Shown here one piece after another: positions 1 to 9,858 of a stretch of DNA of 30,496 nt; position 1 is the first letter of the stretch; each line of letters starts with the position of its first letter. This DNA comes from a virus (lineage: Duplodnaviria > Caudoviricetes), in IMG/VR virus record IMGVR_UViG_3300025770_000066, positions 1-30,496 of that record; one strand, given 5' to 3'. The notes below the pieces were generated by a model. That model was not told the DNA's origin. It worked only from the letters and a program-made list of their open reading frames with translations, and did not search any database. Both the position numbers and the translations under genes were made by a program.

Positions 1-1
1 T

Positions 2-2731
2 AAAGAAGTTGCAATAACCAGTGGCAGCATTGGTGCTAGTGCTGGTGCAAAAGCACCAGTACCTCCAAAGACGCCAGCACCTCCAAAGACGCCAGCACCA
101 ATGGCACCGAAGTCAAAACCGCCAATTGCGGCTGCTGCATCCGCTGCGTCTACAGATAAACAAAAGACAGAAGGGCCTATAACTGCAACTGCGGGAGAAG
201 CAGGTGCGTTCGATAAGAAGCAAGGCAGAGAAGCTGGATCAGAAGCTCTATCAAGAACCATGAAAGAGCACGGCCCTGCAAAGGCAGCAGAAGAGCAAGC
301 CAGTAAAGCAATGATGACTCATGATGTTTATTGTGAAGCTGTTCTCTTTAAGATACTTGAAGTTTTAGGTGACTGTTGTGCTCCCGGCAAAACAATATCT
401 TCTATTGCCAATGTTACATCAACTGCAACTGGAGGAACTTCTTCTGTCTCCAATAACAGAACTGGTGATTCCTCTAGGCAAGACAAAACAAAAATTGCAT
501 TGAGTCGGATTGACTCTATTGGCAGCAACAGAGTTTCTACCGGAATTTCTTCTGTAGCCAATAACAGAACTGGTGATTCTTCTAGGCGAGACGCAGTAAG
601 CCGATTCAATTCTGCTGACTTTAATGTTTCTTCAGCTTCTAATGTTGCTAGAAGTTCTATTGGCGATTCTAGGTTGGACAGATCAACAATGGCAATGAAT
701 AGAAGTAAGTCTACTGGATTTAATGTTGCTGGAGGTTCTGCAACTGACTCTGCAATGTTTGAAAATTCATATAACAGAAAAAGCGGATACCAAAGTTTTG
801 TTGGATTTGGAAACAAACCAGACGCAACAGGTTCAGAACTAGAATTGCTCAAAAAAGAATTAGGAGGAGGAGCTATAACAGCAGGATCATCAAATCCTAG
901 AAGCATGGCTCATAGAGTTGATGATGGAAAGCCATCAAAAAGTTCAAACATGATTTCAGTCATGGCAGTAATGATGGACCTAGTATTGTCTATAGCCAAA
1001 GATATTAGAGCAATAAGAGGTTCTGTAACATTGATTGGAACTGGAGCATTTGACAAGAGACAAGGCAGAGAAGCCATCACCTCTGTTGTGGATCAACTCT
1101 CTAAAGAAACTGCAATGGCGAGCGCAGGAGCAGTTTTGCCTCCTGTCAGTAATCCAGACAACATTAGAACATTATCTGGCCGCTATTCTAACACCGCATC
1201 AGGTGGTGCCGGTGGTGCTGGTTCAGGAGTCGGAGGTGCTGGTGGTGCTGGTGGTTCGGGATTCGGTGGATCATCTATTATGGAAAACATTAGATCAGGA
1301 GTTTCCAATGTATTATTCGGTGTAGCAAAAACATCTAAAGCAATTGCAGAAAGTATAGGAGGAGCAGCGTCCGCTACCGCCGCAGGTGGAGTTGGAGGAG
1401 CAGGCGGAACTGGTGGTGCTGGTGGAATGACAACTATCCTATCTGGCATTATGGATTTAGTTTTGTCCATTGCCAAAGACATGAGAATTGTAAGCAGTTC
1501 TGTAACGATGGTTGGAACTGGAGCTTTTGCCAAAGGTCAAAGCAAAGAAGCAATGATTTCCGAAATGGACAAGTCTGTCAAAACCATGATGATGTCCATG
1601 TCAACAAAAACAGTTGGAGGTGAAGGCGGTGCGCCATCACCACAAATGCTTGAGAAACTAGAGAAGTTAAAAGCACTTGTGTCTTATCAAAAAGAACATC
1701 TCTTAAAGACAGGAACAACAAACGATTCAGTAACTTCCGAAATGCAAAGACTCAAAGAGTCAATGATGAGTAAAGAGAAATCGGAAAAGACATCAGGCAA
1801 CACAACGCTTGCCAACACAGGTGCATTTGCTAAAGATCAAAGCAAAGAAGCCGCAAGTGAAGGAGTCACAGGATTCGTTAAATCGATTGCAGCAGCGAAC
1901 CGTTTTGCTGCCGACTCTACGTTGAAATGGCTGTCAAATCTTTCTGATACTTACAAGAGCATTGGAGAAGCCCCTGCTAGAGCGCTTGGTATTGGAGAAG
2001 GTCTTAAATCTTCTGTTGAAGAAAAGAGTAAAAGCAGTTCTTCTTCAGATGTGACTAACGCTTTGAACAAAGGTGCTTTTGATAGAGAAAACATACATGA
2101 TGCTAAAAGAGAATCTGTTGCTGAATACATTGCGAGAGTCACAGGATCGTCTCATTCAGGATCATCTCAAAACTCTGTTAATGAATTAAGTAAACTTCAT
2201 GATTCATCATCTTCATCAGATGATCAAAGCAGATCAATTGAAACTTCTTTGGCAAGAACCATGGATTGGCTAGAGTCCGCAGGAAATGTCACTGAACAAC
2301 ATGCTACTGGAGATGCTCATGTGGCTGGAATGGATTATACAGAAGAGACAAAAGGAATTGTCAACACCTTAATGACAAACAGAGCCCAACTAGAAAGAGG
2401 TCTTGAAGCAAGAAAATATGGGGATTTGGGACAAGGTAGCTCTATTATTCCGGGGATGGATGAAGTTGGGTCTTATCTCTTAGGCGAACAATCAGAAAAC
2501 ATGAAGAAGATGGTTGCACTACTCGCTTCAATCGACTCAAAAGTCGGAAGAGGAGGAGGATCATCTAACACACCTGAAGTAATTGGATCAAATGGTAAAA
2601 GACAAAGAGACCTTCAACATGGCGGTCTTGACATGAATGTGCTATCTCAAATTGATCCAAGTTGGGGATTGACATATTTTGATGGTCAATTCGGAGATGT
2701 AACCACAGAAGGAAATGATACCTACGGTTAA
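2..2731 (+). CDS. Tape-measure-like protein, C-terminal part (5' end lies outside the window)
   Basis: The frame of the 101..2731 ORF is open back to base 2 (KEVAITSGSIGASAGAKAPVPPKTPAPPKTPAP-M). It is Ala/Gly/Ser/Met-rich, low complexity and internally repeated, and sits immediately upstream of tube-initiator/LysM/hub/spike genes, the usual tape-measure position. Function is inferred from synteny and composition. Confidence 0.6.
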   Translation, partial: KEVAITSGSIGASAGAKAPVPPKTPAPPKTPAPMAPKSKPPIAAAASAASTDKQKTEGPITATAGEAGAFDKKQGREAGSEALSRTMKEHGPAKAAEEQASKAMMTHDVYCEAVLFKILEVLGDCCAPGKTISSIANVTSTATGGTSSVSNNRTGDSSRQDKTKIALSRIDSIGSNRVSTGISSVANNRTGDSSRRDAVSRFNSADFNVSSASNVARSSIGDSRLDRSTMAMNRSKSTGFNVAGGSATDSAMFENSYNRKSGYQSFVGFGNKPDATGSELELLKKELGGGAITAGSSNPRSMAHRVDDGKPSKSSNMISVMAVMMDLVLSIAKDIRAIRGSVTLIGTGAFDKRQGREAITSVVDQLSKETAMASAGAVLPPVSNPDNIRTLSGRYSNTASGGAGGAGSGVGGAGGAGGSGFGGSSIMENIRSGVSNVLFGVAKTSKAIAESIGGAASATAAGGVGGAGGTGGAGGMTTILSGIMDLVLSIAKDMRIVSSSVTMVGTGAFAKGQSKEAMISEMDKSVKTMMMSMSTKTVGGEGGAPSPQMLEKLEKLKALVSYQKEHLLKTGTTNDSVTSEMQRLKESMMSKEKSEKTSGNTTLANTGAFAKDQSKEAASEGVTGFVKSIAAANRFAADSTLKWLSNLSDTYKSIGEAPARALGIGEGLKSSVEEKSKSSSSSDVTNALNKGAFDRENIHDAKRESVAEYIARVTGSSHSGSSQNSVNELSKLHDSSSSSDDQSRSIETSLARTMDWLESAGNVTEQHATGDAHVAGMDYTEETKGIVNTLMTNRAQLERGLEARKYGDLGQGSSIIPGMDEVGSYLLGEQSENMKKMVALLASIDSKVGRGGGSSNTPEVIGSNGKRQRDLQHGGLDMNVLSQIDPSWGLTYFDGQFGDVTTEGNDTYG
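61..99 (+). repeat. 18-bp tandem repeat (acctccaaagacgccagc x2, plus acc) encoding PPKTPA x2
   Basis: Read directly from the sequence; in frame within the first CDS. Confidence 0.9.
439..587 (+). repeat. About 41-bp imperfect direct repeat with 108-nt spacing, encoding SSV(S/A)NNRTGDSSR twice
   Basis: ttcttctgtctccaataacagaactggtgattcctctaggc (439-479) versus ttcttctgtagccaataacagaactggtgattcttctaggc (547-587). Confidence 0.85.
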
Positions 2732-2739
2732 GGAGAAAC

Positions 2740-3300
2740 ATGAAAGCTACAAATAATGGAAGTTTGAATCCAATACCAAATTGTTATATTGACATACCAG
2801 TTGCAGGTACGGTTCATAGAATTTGTATGAATAATTTGCCGGATGTATCAGATACAAAATCTGCTATTTATAACAACGAAGGAATCATTGGAAGAGCATT
2901 TCCTTTATACACATATTCTCATTCTGGGGATAGACAAATAAATGTACAAATACACTTTTTTGCTGTAGAGAGATCAGATGTAAATCAAAACATTCAAGAT
3001 TTAAGAGCTATTCAAAGTGCTGTGTATCCAAGAGAGGGCATTGGACGAACTCCTTATAGACCACCTCCAGTTTGTAAAATACAATGTGGAAACTTGCTTG
3101 TCGGAAACCCCGCACGATCTGCTCCACCAGAGGATCTTTGTGTAATTTTACAATCTTACAGTGTTAAGTTTCCAACGGAAGTGGCATTTGATTCAGAAAC
3201 TATTACCCCTTATAGATTTGATGTAGAAACATCATGGCTTACTGCATATTCGGCTGAAGAACTTCCTTGGGCTAGAAGAATATACGAGACAGGGAGATAA
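2740..3300 (+). CDS. Tail tube initiator / baseplate-tube junction-like protein (gp48/gp54 or CIS-tube type)
   Basis: RBS aaggag upstream. Motifs IIGR..P..YSHSGDRQINVQIHFF, LRAIQSAVYP and PPPVCKIQCG are typical of tube-initiator proteins. Located between the tape-measure and LysM genes. Confidence 0.65.
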   Translation: MKATNNGSLNPIPNCYIDIPVAGTVHRICMNNLPDVSDTKSAIYNNEGIIGRAFPLYTYSHSGDRQINVQIHFFAVERSDVNQNIQDLRAIQSAVYPREGIGRTPYRPPPVCKIQCGNLLVGNPARSAPPEDLCVILQSYSVKFPTEVAFDSETITPYRFDVETSWLTAYSAEELPWARRIYETGR

Positions 3301-3301
3301 C

Positions 3302-3631
3302 ATGACTCAACTAATAGAACCTAGTGGATTAAACCCAAGACAAGTAGCTACGCCAAATAGTAGGTATCTTAGAAATCAAAATGTGATTTATTATGGAGAG
3401 CAAAGATTTCTAACATACGATCTTTACGTTAGAGTTCCATACAAAAGAACAGGAAATGAAAAAGTCATGGTGATAACAAAAGGAGTCGAATATAGACCAG
3501 ATTTGGTTTCTTTTGACTTTTATGGATTTCCTGAAAATTGGTGGAAAATACTTGAAGCAAATAAGATGAGTGACATATTTGATTTCAAGACAGGCAAAAC
3601 AATTCTTCTTCCAGATATAACAGGTGGATAA
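3302..3631 (+). CDS. LysM-like baseplate wedge protein (T4 gp53 / P2 gpX-like)
   Basis: RPDLVSFDFYG.PENWWKILEAN...FKTGKTILLP is the gp53/LysM-type signature, and the position fits. Confidence 0.8.
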   Translation: MTQLIEPSGLNPRQVATPNSRYLRNQNVIYYGEQRFLTYDLYVRVPYKRTGNEKVMVITKGVEYRPDLVSFDFYGFPENWWKILEANKMSDIFDFKTGKTILLPDITGG

Positions 3632-5391
3632 TGGCATCACAATTACCAAAATTAGTTCCAGCCCTACCTACTGGACTTTCTTTCCAGCCGCTTTCTCAAA
3701 TAGGAAGTGCGGTAAGTGGAGGAGCAAATGCAGCAGCAGGAGGATCAGCAACTTGTAACACTGCTCAGTCAGATACACTTCAACCAGTTCTTACAGGATG
3801 TGCAGCGCAAGTTACTGATTGTACTGCAAAAGGTCCAGAGAAAGGAAACACTTTAGCTCCATATGTGTTAGTTGAATTTGGCGCATTTGGAGCAGATGGT
3901 CTAAACACAGGCAATAAGATAACTGTATCAAATGAATCATCTCCCGGAACAAGCCCTCCTCATACAGCCATTGTTCAATCATTTGAACTTGGATTTTCAG
4001 ATGGTCTAGGAGGAAAAATTGTAATACAAGACACAGAGGGTGGAAGCTTTGTGCAATTTGCAGAAAACTTATTTGCTGATTGGAAGTGTCTTGAAAATCC
4101 AGTTACAACACCTCAAATAAAGATGCAATTTGGTTGGGTGAAATCAGGTTGTGAAAGACCTTATCCGTTTTCGTTTTCAAGATGCTATTATGGAATCATT
4201 GACGGTTTAGACACAAGTTACACAGAAGGAAAATTCATTGCCGAACTTAAAATCATAGACATAGGAAAAGCAATGACCGAAGGACATGTAGAAGCGGTCA
4301 AAGGTTCTGATGACCAAACTTGGTGTTTAGCTGATGCAATTAGAGCTTTGCTTACAAATGATGTTTCTCCAAATGTTGGAAATGTATCTTTTAGAAAAGT
4401 CGAAGGTGGAGAACTTGTGCCAACAGGGTTTCTAAAAAATGATGCCGATTGTGGAGGACCAGTTCCAGATGGAGGAGACGGACAACCTTCGATAACAGGC
4501 GGGAAAGGTCCGAAAGATAAATGGGATCCAAAATCACAGCCTAAAATGACAGCCGCAATGCGATGGATAAAAGATTACAATTCAGTAGACAAAAAAGGTT
4601 GGCGTCCTTTTTATGATCCATCTACTCCGGGTGGAGAAATAATTTTTCTAGCAGATTCCAAACCTCATTGCGATGATGCTCCAACAAGCTTTTTCTGGGA
4701 TAAATGCTTGGGTCATTATATTGTAAATGGCGGGAATGAAAGTCCTGTCTTAGAGTTCAATCCTAAGATACATTGGGACTTTGCCATGCTTGTATCAGGT
4801 GGTGGTCAAACTGGAGATCAAAAAGTTAAACCATTGCCAGAAGAAGGAAGTAAGTCTCCCGGCAGAAGAGATTGCCCAAAATTAAAAAGAGCAATAATAC
4901 CGGGTGCAGGACATCCAATGGCAATTACCAGTAATGAAGTTCTGTTGAATCAAGAAGGTGCTAATGCTGAAGATGAAGGTCATAAAGCCCAAATAAATCA
5001 ATTCAAGGCTTACAGAGTAAACATTGCACCAATTAACGCAGAATTAGTAATTATTGGAGATCCAGAATATTACCCACTTAAGACTCAAGGAAAATACGTG
5101 TCCATCACAGTTATAAACCCTTTCTTTGTACAGAAGAATGGAGGACAAGATGATGGAGGATGTGCTGATTGGAATGTTACAACAATAAACGCATGTAATG
5201 AAGTTTTGTCACATCCGGGTTGGCAAGTAATGAAAATAATGCACAAAATTGAATTAGGAAAGTATACGACTCATTTAACAGTTCAACAAGCTGGTCCGGG
5301 AACACTAGATGGAAACCAAGGACAACATGGTGGATTATGGGAAGGCGAAGGCGGCTGGAACAATGGATGGACTCCAGTTTCTTGTAGTTAA
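3631..5391 (+). CDS. Putative baseplate hub protein (gp27 / P2 gpD-like)
   Basis: Lies between the LysM and gp5-like genes, with TAATG stop/start coupling. IKMQFGW, AELVIIGDP and GWQVMKIMHKIELGKYTTHL resemble hub-protein motifs. Confidence 0.6.
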   Translation: MASQLPKLVPALPTGLSFQPLSQIGSAVSGGANAAAGGSATCNTAQSDTLQPVLTGCAAQVTDCTAKGPEKGNTLAPYVLVEFGAFGADGLNTGNKITVSNESSPGTSPPHTAIVQSFELGFSDGLGGKIVIQDTEGGSFVQFAENLFADWKCLENPVTTPQIKMQFGWVKSGCERPYPFSFSRCYYGIIDGLDTSYTEGKFIAELKIIDIGKAMTEGHVEAVKGSDDQTWCLADAIRALLTNDVSPNVGNVSFRKVEGGELVPTGFLKNDADCGGPVPDGGDGQPSITGGKGPKDKWDPKSQPKMTAAMRWIKDYNSVDKKGWRPFYDPSTPGGEIIFLADSKPHCDDAPTSFFWDKCLGHYIVNGGNESPVLEFNPKIHWDFAMLVSGGGQTGDQKVKPLPEEGSKSPGRRDCPKLKRAIIPGAGHPMAITSNEVLLNQEGANAEDEGHKAQINQFKAYRVNIAPINAELVIIGDPEYYPLKTQGKYVSITVINPFFVQKNGGQDDGGCADWNVTTINACNEVLSHPGWQVMKIMHKIELGKYTTHLTVQQAGPGTLDGNQGQHGGLWEGEGGWNNGWTPVSCS

Positions 5392-5417
5392 CAAACAATT
5401 AAAGGATGTAATGTAAA

Positions 5418-7865
5418 ATGGTAAAGCAAACACAAGGAACAGGACAATTTTCTGGATTCGGAGAAGAGCTTGATTATGAAGAAATAATCAAGAAGCTTTA
5501 TGATAGAATTGGCTCTTTGGAAAAATCTGTATCAAACATTGGCGCAGCAACAAGAGTCTCCAGAAGAAGGAAATGGAAAACACATAAGCAAAAATCCACT
5601 CTGACTCATCTTTCAAGAGCCGTTTGTGTAGCCACCATTGACCCATGGAAAGAAAATCGAGTTAGATTTTATCATCCTTATTTACACGATCCAAAAACTA
5701 AACTACTCGCACTTCCCTTTGCTAGACCTATTTCTTCAATGGGTGGATTTGACGACTGCGGATTAAACTGGGTGCCGCCTGCTGGTTCAACTTTGATGTT
5801 GTTGTTTGAAGCTGGTAGTAGAGATGCTCCTTTTTATCTTGGAACAACATGGCATCGTGACAGAGGACCGGGAGGACAAGACCTTCCGGGACCAACAAAA
5901 GAATATCAAGATGTATATGCGGGAGACAGAACAGGATACTTCCATGGACCGGGCAGTAATCCTAATGACGAACATCAAGTATTGCCTCCTTGGAATACAG
6001 AAAATTACAATGGTTTGGATATAGATGACAGCAAACAATTCATTGAAGACACTGAAGAACAAAGAAACATAACTTATCCTCACATATATGGTTTCAAGAC
6101 ACCAGAAAAGCACATGCTTAAAATGGTTGACGGTAATGCCAAGTGCAACCGTCGCTGGAAAAGAATGGAGCTTCAATCAGGTTGCGGCAACTGGATGATT
6201 TTCAAAGATGATCATCTTCATTATGGTGGCCAATGGACAAATCCTTTGTGTCCAGCAGGAGAGACAAGTGGTGGATCAAACTCTAATGAAATAAATCCTT
6301 GCTCTACACATTCAGGAGACAAGCCACTCTTTACAGATATTCATGGAAAACCAAAAGAAGGACTTTCCTTATGTGAACCAGATTGTAAAGGCGACGATCC
6401 AACTCAATGTTCTAAGATTTTGGGAGGTCACTCAAGAACTCCCGGAAAAGAAGGATGTGGAGAAGAATATGCAGGAGTAATTCCAGATGGAACAAAATAC
6501 ACAGGTTCGCAAGGTGGAAAAAACAAAAGTTACAAACACTGGAATGAATGCCGAGCCTATACCGGTCCCGGAACTCCTCAAAACAATAAATGCACTTTGC
6601 CTCAAACGGGAATTCAATTCCTGTCCATCAGTGGCCACACAATGGTCATGGATGACTCAGTAGAAGAGCCACGAGGAAAACCAGAATGGCAAAGGTCAAC
6701 ACAACCGTTTGATTTTGGTTGTAACGATAAGTACCTCGGAATGTTTTGGCAAAAGTCAGCAACAGGTCATACTTTTGCGATGACAGACATCGAAGAACCT
6801 TCAAAAGTCAGAAGTAAGCAAAACTTTATTAAACTCAAGACTGGTAATGGAAACAAGATTGAGCTTAATGATCACACTGTAAAAACACATTCTAACGATG
6901 ATGGTTGTCAAAAATGCCCTCCTGACTGTGCTGGAGAAGAGCGTGGCATTCACATACAGAGCACAAGCAATCATCAAATAAATATGATTGATGATTTGAA
7001 TATTCAATGTGGTCCTTGTCGCTGCGAAGGAGGCATCCCGCAGGCCAAAGCAGCAAAGGCTTACGTCCAAATTCGATCTGGATATGGATTAGAGATGAGG
7101 TTCAATGACGACTTCTCACAAGAAGAAACTCAAAGTCAGTGGATACAAATTTTGCATCCTCAGTGCGTTGATCCTCAAACAGATGAGAAATGCAATGCCT
7201 GCGATGACTGTAAGGCTTGTAGAGGGCCTCACATACTAAGATTCCAAGGAAGACCCAAAGGAGAGCCGGGAATCGTGTTCTTGCGTGCTGGTGGGCACTC
7301 AATTAGACAGACACATGATATGGATATTGTTATTGTTGGAGACCTAGAATGTAATCCTTCAGATAAATTCACTTATGTATCTAAGAAGTTCATCACTGCC
7401 ACAGAAGATATTCATTTTCGTTACAGTGGAGAACTACATATATTCTTCGCAGAGAAACAAATTCTCCTCATGGCTGGACGTGATTGTCCTCCACCTCCGG
7501 GGAAAAAGTGTTGTGGGCCTTGTCTTTACAACGTCATCGTGGCTCGTTGTCCTGTATTTTGCCCATTAACTGGGATATTGCATTGGACTGAAAAAGCTAT
7601 GAGCGAACGTGTGTTTGCTTCAGCTTATCATCCATGTCAAGTTCCTTGCGGTGGAGACTGTGCTGATTATTTTGCAGCGATGGCAAAATGTGGTGGCAAA
7701 GGTTGTGTGGAAGATGAAGGAGGATCGACAACGCTACCTCCAGAAGCACAAGCACCTCCGGGACACGCTATGGAACAACCTGAAGGAAATAATGTTGATC
7801 CAAACACTGGAGGAACAATTGGCGGAAATAATCCACCCGGTGGTGGAGGAGTTCCTCAAATTTAA
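5418..7865 (+). CDS. Baseplate central spike protein (gp5/VgrG-like), cysteine-rich
   Basis: N-terminal OB-fold motifs DPWKENRVR and G..WVPPAGSTLMLLFEAG..APFYLG. Repeated beta-strand units (KTPEKHMLKMVD, SISGHTMVMDD, SATGHTFAMTD, TGNGNKIELND, SGYGLEMRFND). Directly upstream of gp25. Confidence 0.8.
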   Translation: MVKQTQGTGQFSGFGEELDYEEIIKKLYDRIGSLEKSVSNIGAATRVSRRRKWKTHKQKSTLTHLSRAVCVATIDPWKENRVRFYHPYLHDPKTKLLALPFARPISSMGGFDDCGLNWVPPAGSTLMLLFEAGSRDAPFYLGTTWHRDRGPGGQDLPGPTKEYQDVYAGDRTGYFHGPGSNPNDEHQVLPPWNTENYNGLDIDDSKQFIEDTEEQRNITYPHIYGFKTPEKHMLKMVDGNAKCNRRWKRMELQSGCGNWMIFKDDHLHYGGQWTNPLCPAGETSGGSNSNEINPCSTHSGDKPLFTDIHGKPKEGLSLCEPDCKGDDPTQCSKILGGHSRTPGKEGCGEEYAGVIPDGTKYTGSQGGKNKSYKHWNECRAYTGPGTPQNNKCTLPQTGIQFLSISGHTMVMDDSVEEPRGKPEWQRSTQPFDFGCNDKYLGMFWQKSATGHTFAMTDIEEPSKVRSKQNFIKLKTGNGNKIELNDHTVKTHSNDDGCQKCPPDCAGEERGIHIQSTSNHQINMIDDLNIQCGPCRCEGGIPQAKAAKAYVQIRSGYGLEMRFNDDFSQEETQSQWIQILHPQCVDPQTDEKCNACDDCKACRGPHILRFQGRPKGEPGIVFLRAGGHSIRQTHDMDIVIVGDLECNPSDKFTYVSKKFITATEDIHFRYSGELHIFFAEKQILLMAGRDCPPPPGKKCCGPCLYNVIVARCPVFCPLTGILHWTEKAMSERVFASAYHPCQVPCGGDCADYFAAMAKCGGKGCVEDEGGSTTLPPEAQAPPGHAMEQPEGNNVDPNTGGTIGGNNPPGGGGVPQI

Positions 7866-7873
7866 GGAGAATC

Positions 7874-8293
7874 ATGGAAAACAAATTTTTAGGATTACAG
7901 TACCCGTTGGTTAAGACAAATCGGGGATTACTTGCTCAAAAGAAGGGAGTAGATCAGATAAAAGCTGATTTATTACAACTTTTGCTTACAAATCCCGGAG
8001 AGAGGGTGATGTTGCCAACATTTGGAACTCCTTTAAGAGAGTTGTTCTTTGACCCAAACGATTTTGACTTAAAGAACAAAGCAAAAAACATGATATCAAA
8101 AGCTATATCAGATTGGGAACCAAGAATAGCATTAGAAAACATAGAAGTATCAAACAGCATAGATACAGATAGTTTGCATCCTGACGATCCAAAAGATGAT
8201 TACGAACATATATTATCTGTTAGGATAGAATTTTTCGATCCAGAAAACATAACAGAACTTGAAGCCTTAACATTACAACTTCCAGTTTCATAG
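7874..8293 (+). CDS. Baseplate wedge subunit, GPW/gp25 family
   Basis: LLLTNPGERVMLPTFGTPL..FDPND and AISDWEPRI are classic gp25 motifs; RBS aaggag. Confidence 0.93.
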   Translation: MENKFLGLQYPLVKTNRGLLAQKKGVDQIKADLLQLLLTNPGERVMLPTFGTPLRELFFDPNDFDLKNKAKNMISKAISDWEPRIALENIEVSNSIDTDSLHPDDPKDDYEHILSVRIEFFDPENITELEALTLQLPVS

Positions 8294-8301
8294 GAGATTA
8301 G

Positions 8302-9858
8302 ATGGCATTTCAAAATTGTCCTTTTGACATTACACCATTTGACAAATCAAATTTAATCAAAACTCCAGTATTGGCAAATCTTAATTACACCAATCAAGAT
8401 TTTTGGTCAATGAAATCCCGTTTAATTGATTTAATACAAGAAAAATTCGGAGATGACTTTGGAGACTTCATAGAATCTGATTTGGCAATTATGTTGATTG
8501 AAAACTGGGCGTTCATTGCAGATACTTTATCCTTTAAGATGGATCAAATTGCAAATGAAATATTCATTGACACAGTTAGTGAAATAGACAACGCATTTCG
8601 ATTAGCGCTTCTAGTTGGATTTAAGCCACAACCACCAATTGGAGCAAGATCACTTTGGTCTTTGTCTATAGGAAATGTTCTGACAACTGACTTAAACATT
8701 CCTGCTCCACAAAGAATTGATGTGAGCACAGAAGATGGGCCAAAAACAATTGAACTGTTTCCTGCTGATCAAAACAACAATGCAATTTTTGATGAAAACA
8801 TAGTAATCACAGCCGGTAATTTCTTGAATACAAGCGTCATTGGACTCGAAGGCGAAACCATAATTCAAAACATAACCGGAGATGGAAGCGTAAATCAGTT
8901 TGTCAATTTAACAACTGGGCCTGTAATTTGGAATTCAATTAGAGTAAACATAGATGGAAACGACTGGAAACAGGTTGACTTCTTCACAGATTCAAATCCT
9001 CGCAAAGAATTCCGTGTTGAATATGATTCTTTGTATAACGCATTTGTGCTTTTTGGAAATAATCGTGCAGGTCAAATACCCGGAGAATCTTCTCAAGTAA
9101 GAATAACTTACAGAACTGGTGGAGGAGTGGCTGGAAATATTGTAACTAATGCAATCGAATTACAAAGAAACTTCTCAGCAGATGGATTTGATTTCAATGT
9201 TCCTGTTACATTCGTAAACTTCACACGAGGAGAATTTGGATACGAAGGAGACTCTATTGAAACGATCAAAAGAAACCTTCCCGCTTGGTTAAGAACCCAA
9301 AACCGTGTTGTTTCTGGCGACGACTTTGAAGCGTTCACAGATCAGTTTTCCACAGAGTTCAATGGTAAAATTGGAAAGTCAAAAGCAATATTAAGAAACT
9401 ATGGATGTGCTGCTAATGTTGTAGACTTATACATTCTTGGGGCAGACGGAGATGATGGTTTAGCAGAAACAAACAACGAATTAAAAATTGAACTACAAGA
9501 AGCAATAGATTCTAAGAAAATGCTTACAGACAAAGTTTGTATTAGAAATGGAGTCGTTGTAGAAGTAGATGTAACCATTGATGTAACCATGGATAAGTTC
9601 TACAGAAAATTTGAAGATGAATATAGAGAAAGAGTGGATAGGAAAACTATCGGCTTTTTCTTGTTACCTAATTGGGATTATGAAAAAACACTCAGAGCAG
9701 TAGATTTGCTTAAAGAACTTTCTAGTATTAAAGAAATAGCCAGTGTTGATATCAACTTTCAAACGGATGTTGCTGCTAACTCTGGAGAAACTGTAACTAC
9801 AAAATTCTTTGAAATAATTAGACCTGTATCAATTGAGATAAATTTTGAATTTGAATAA
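8302..9858 (+). CDS. Baseplate wedge subunit, T4 gp6 / baseplate J-like
   Basis: NYTNQDF..K..L, DTLSFKMDQIANEIFIDT, LVGFKP, FGNN..G.IP, YRTGGG..GN and RTQNRVVS.DDF are gp6-family motifs; follows gp25. Confidence 0.9.
   Translation: MAFQNCPFDITPFDKSNLIKTPVLANLNYTNQDFWSMKSRLIDLIQEKFGDDFGDFIESDLAIMLIENWAFIADTLSFKMDQIANEIFIDTVSEIDNAFRLALLVGFKPQPPIGARSLWSLSIGNVLTTDLNIPAPQRIDVSTEDGPKTIELFPADQNNNAIFDENIVITAGNFLNTSVIGLEGETIIQNITGDGSVNQFVNLTTGPVIWNSIRVNIDGNDWKQVDFFTDSNPRKEFRVEYDSLYNAFVLFGNNRAGQIPGESSQVRITYRTGGGVAGNIVTNAIELQRNFSADGFDFNVPVTFVNFTRGEFGYEGDSIETIKRNLPAWLRTQNRVVSGDDFEAFTDQFSTEFNGKIGKSKAILRNYGCAANVVDLYILGADGDDGLAETNNELKIELQEAIDSKKMLTDKVCIRNGVVVEVDVTIDVTMDKFYRKFEDEYRERVDRKTIGFFLLPNWDYEKTLRAVDLLKELSSIKEIASVDINFQTDVAANSGETVTTKFFEIIRPVSIEINFEFE

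Noticed and set aside
328-2142. Antisense and alternate-frame ORFs (328-906, 1035-1325, 1183-1533, 1951-2142) and similar short ORFs throughout the track
   Set aside because: They lie wholly inside long, motif-bearing genes and are typical shadow ORFs of low-complexity or biased codons.
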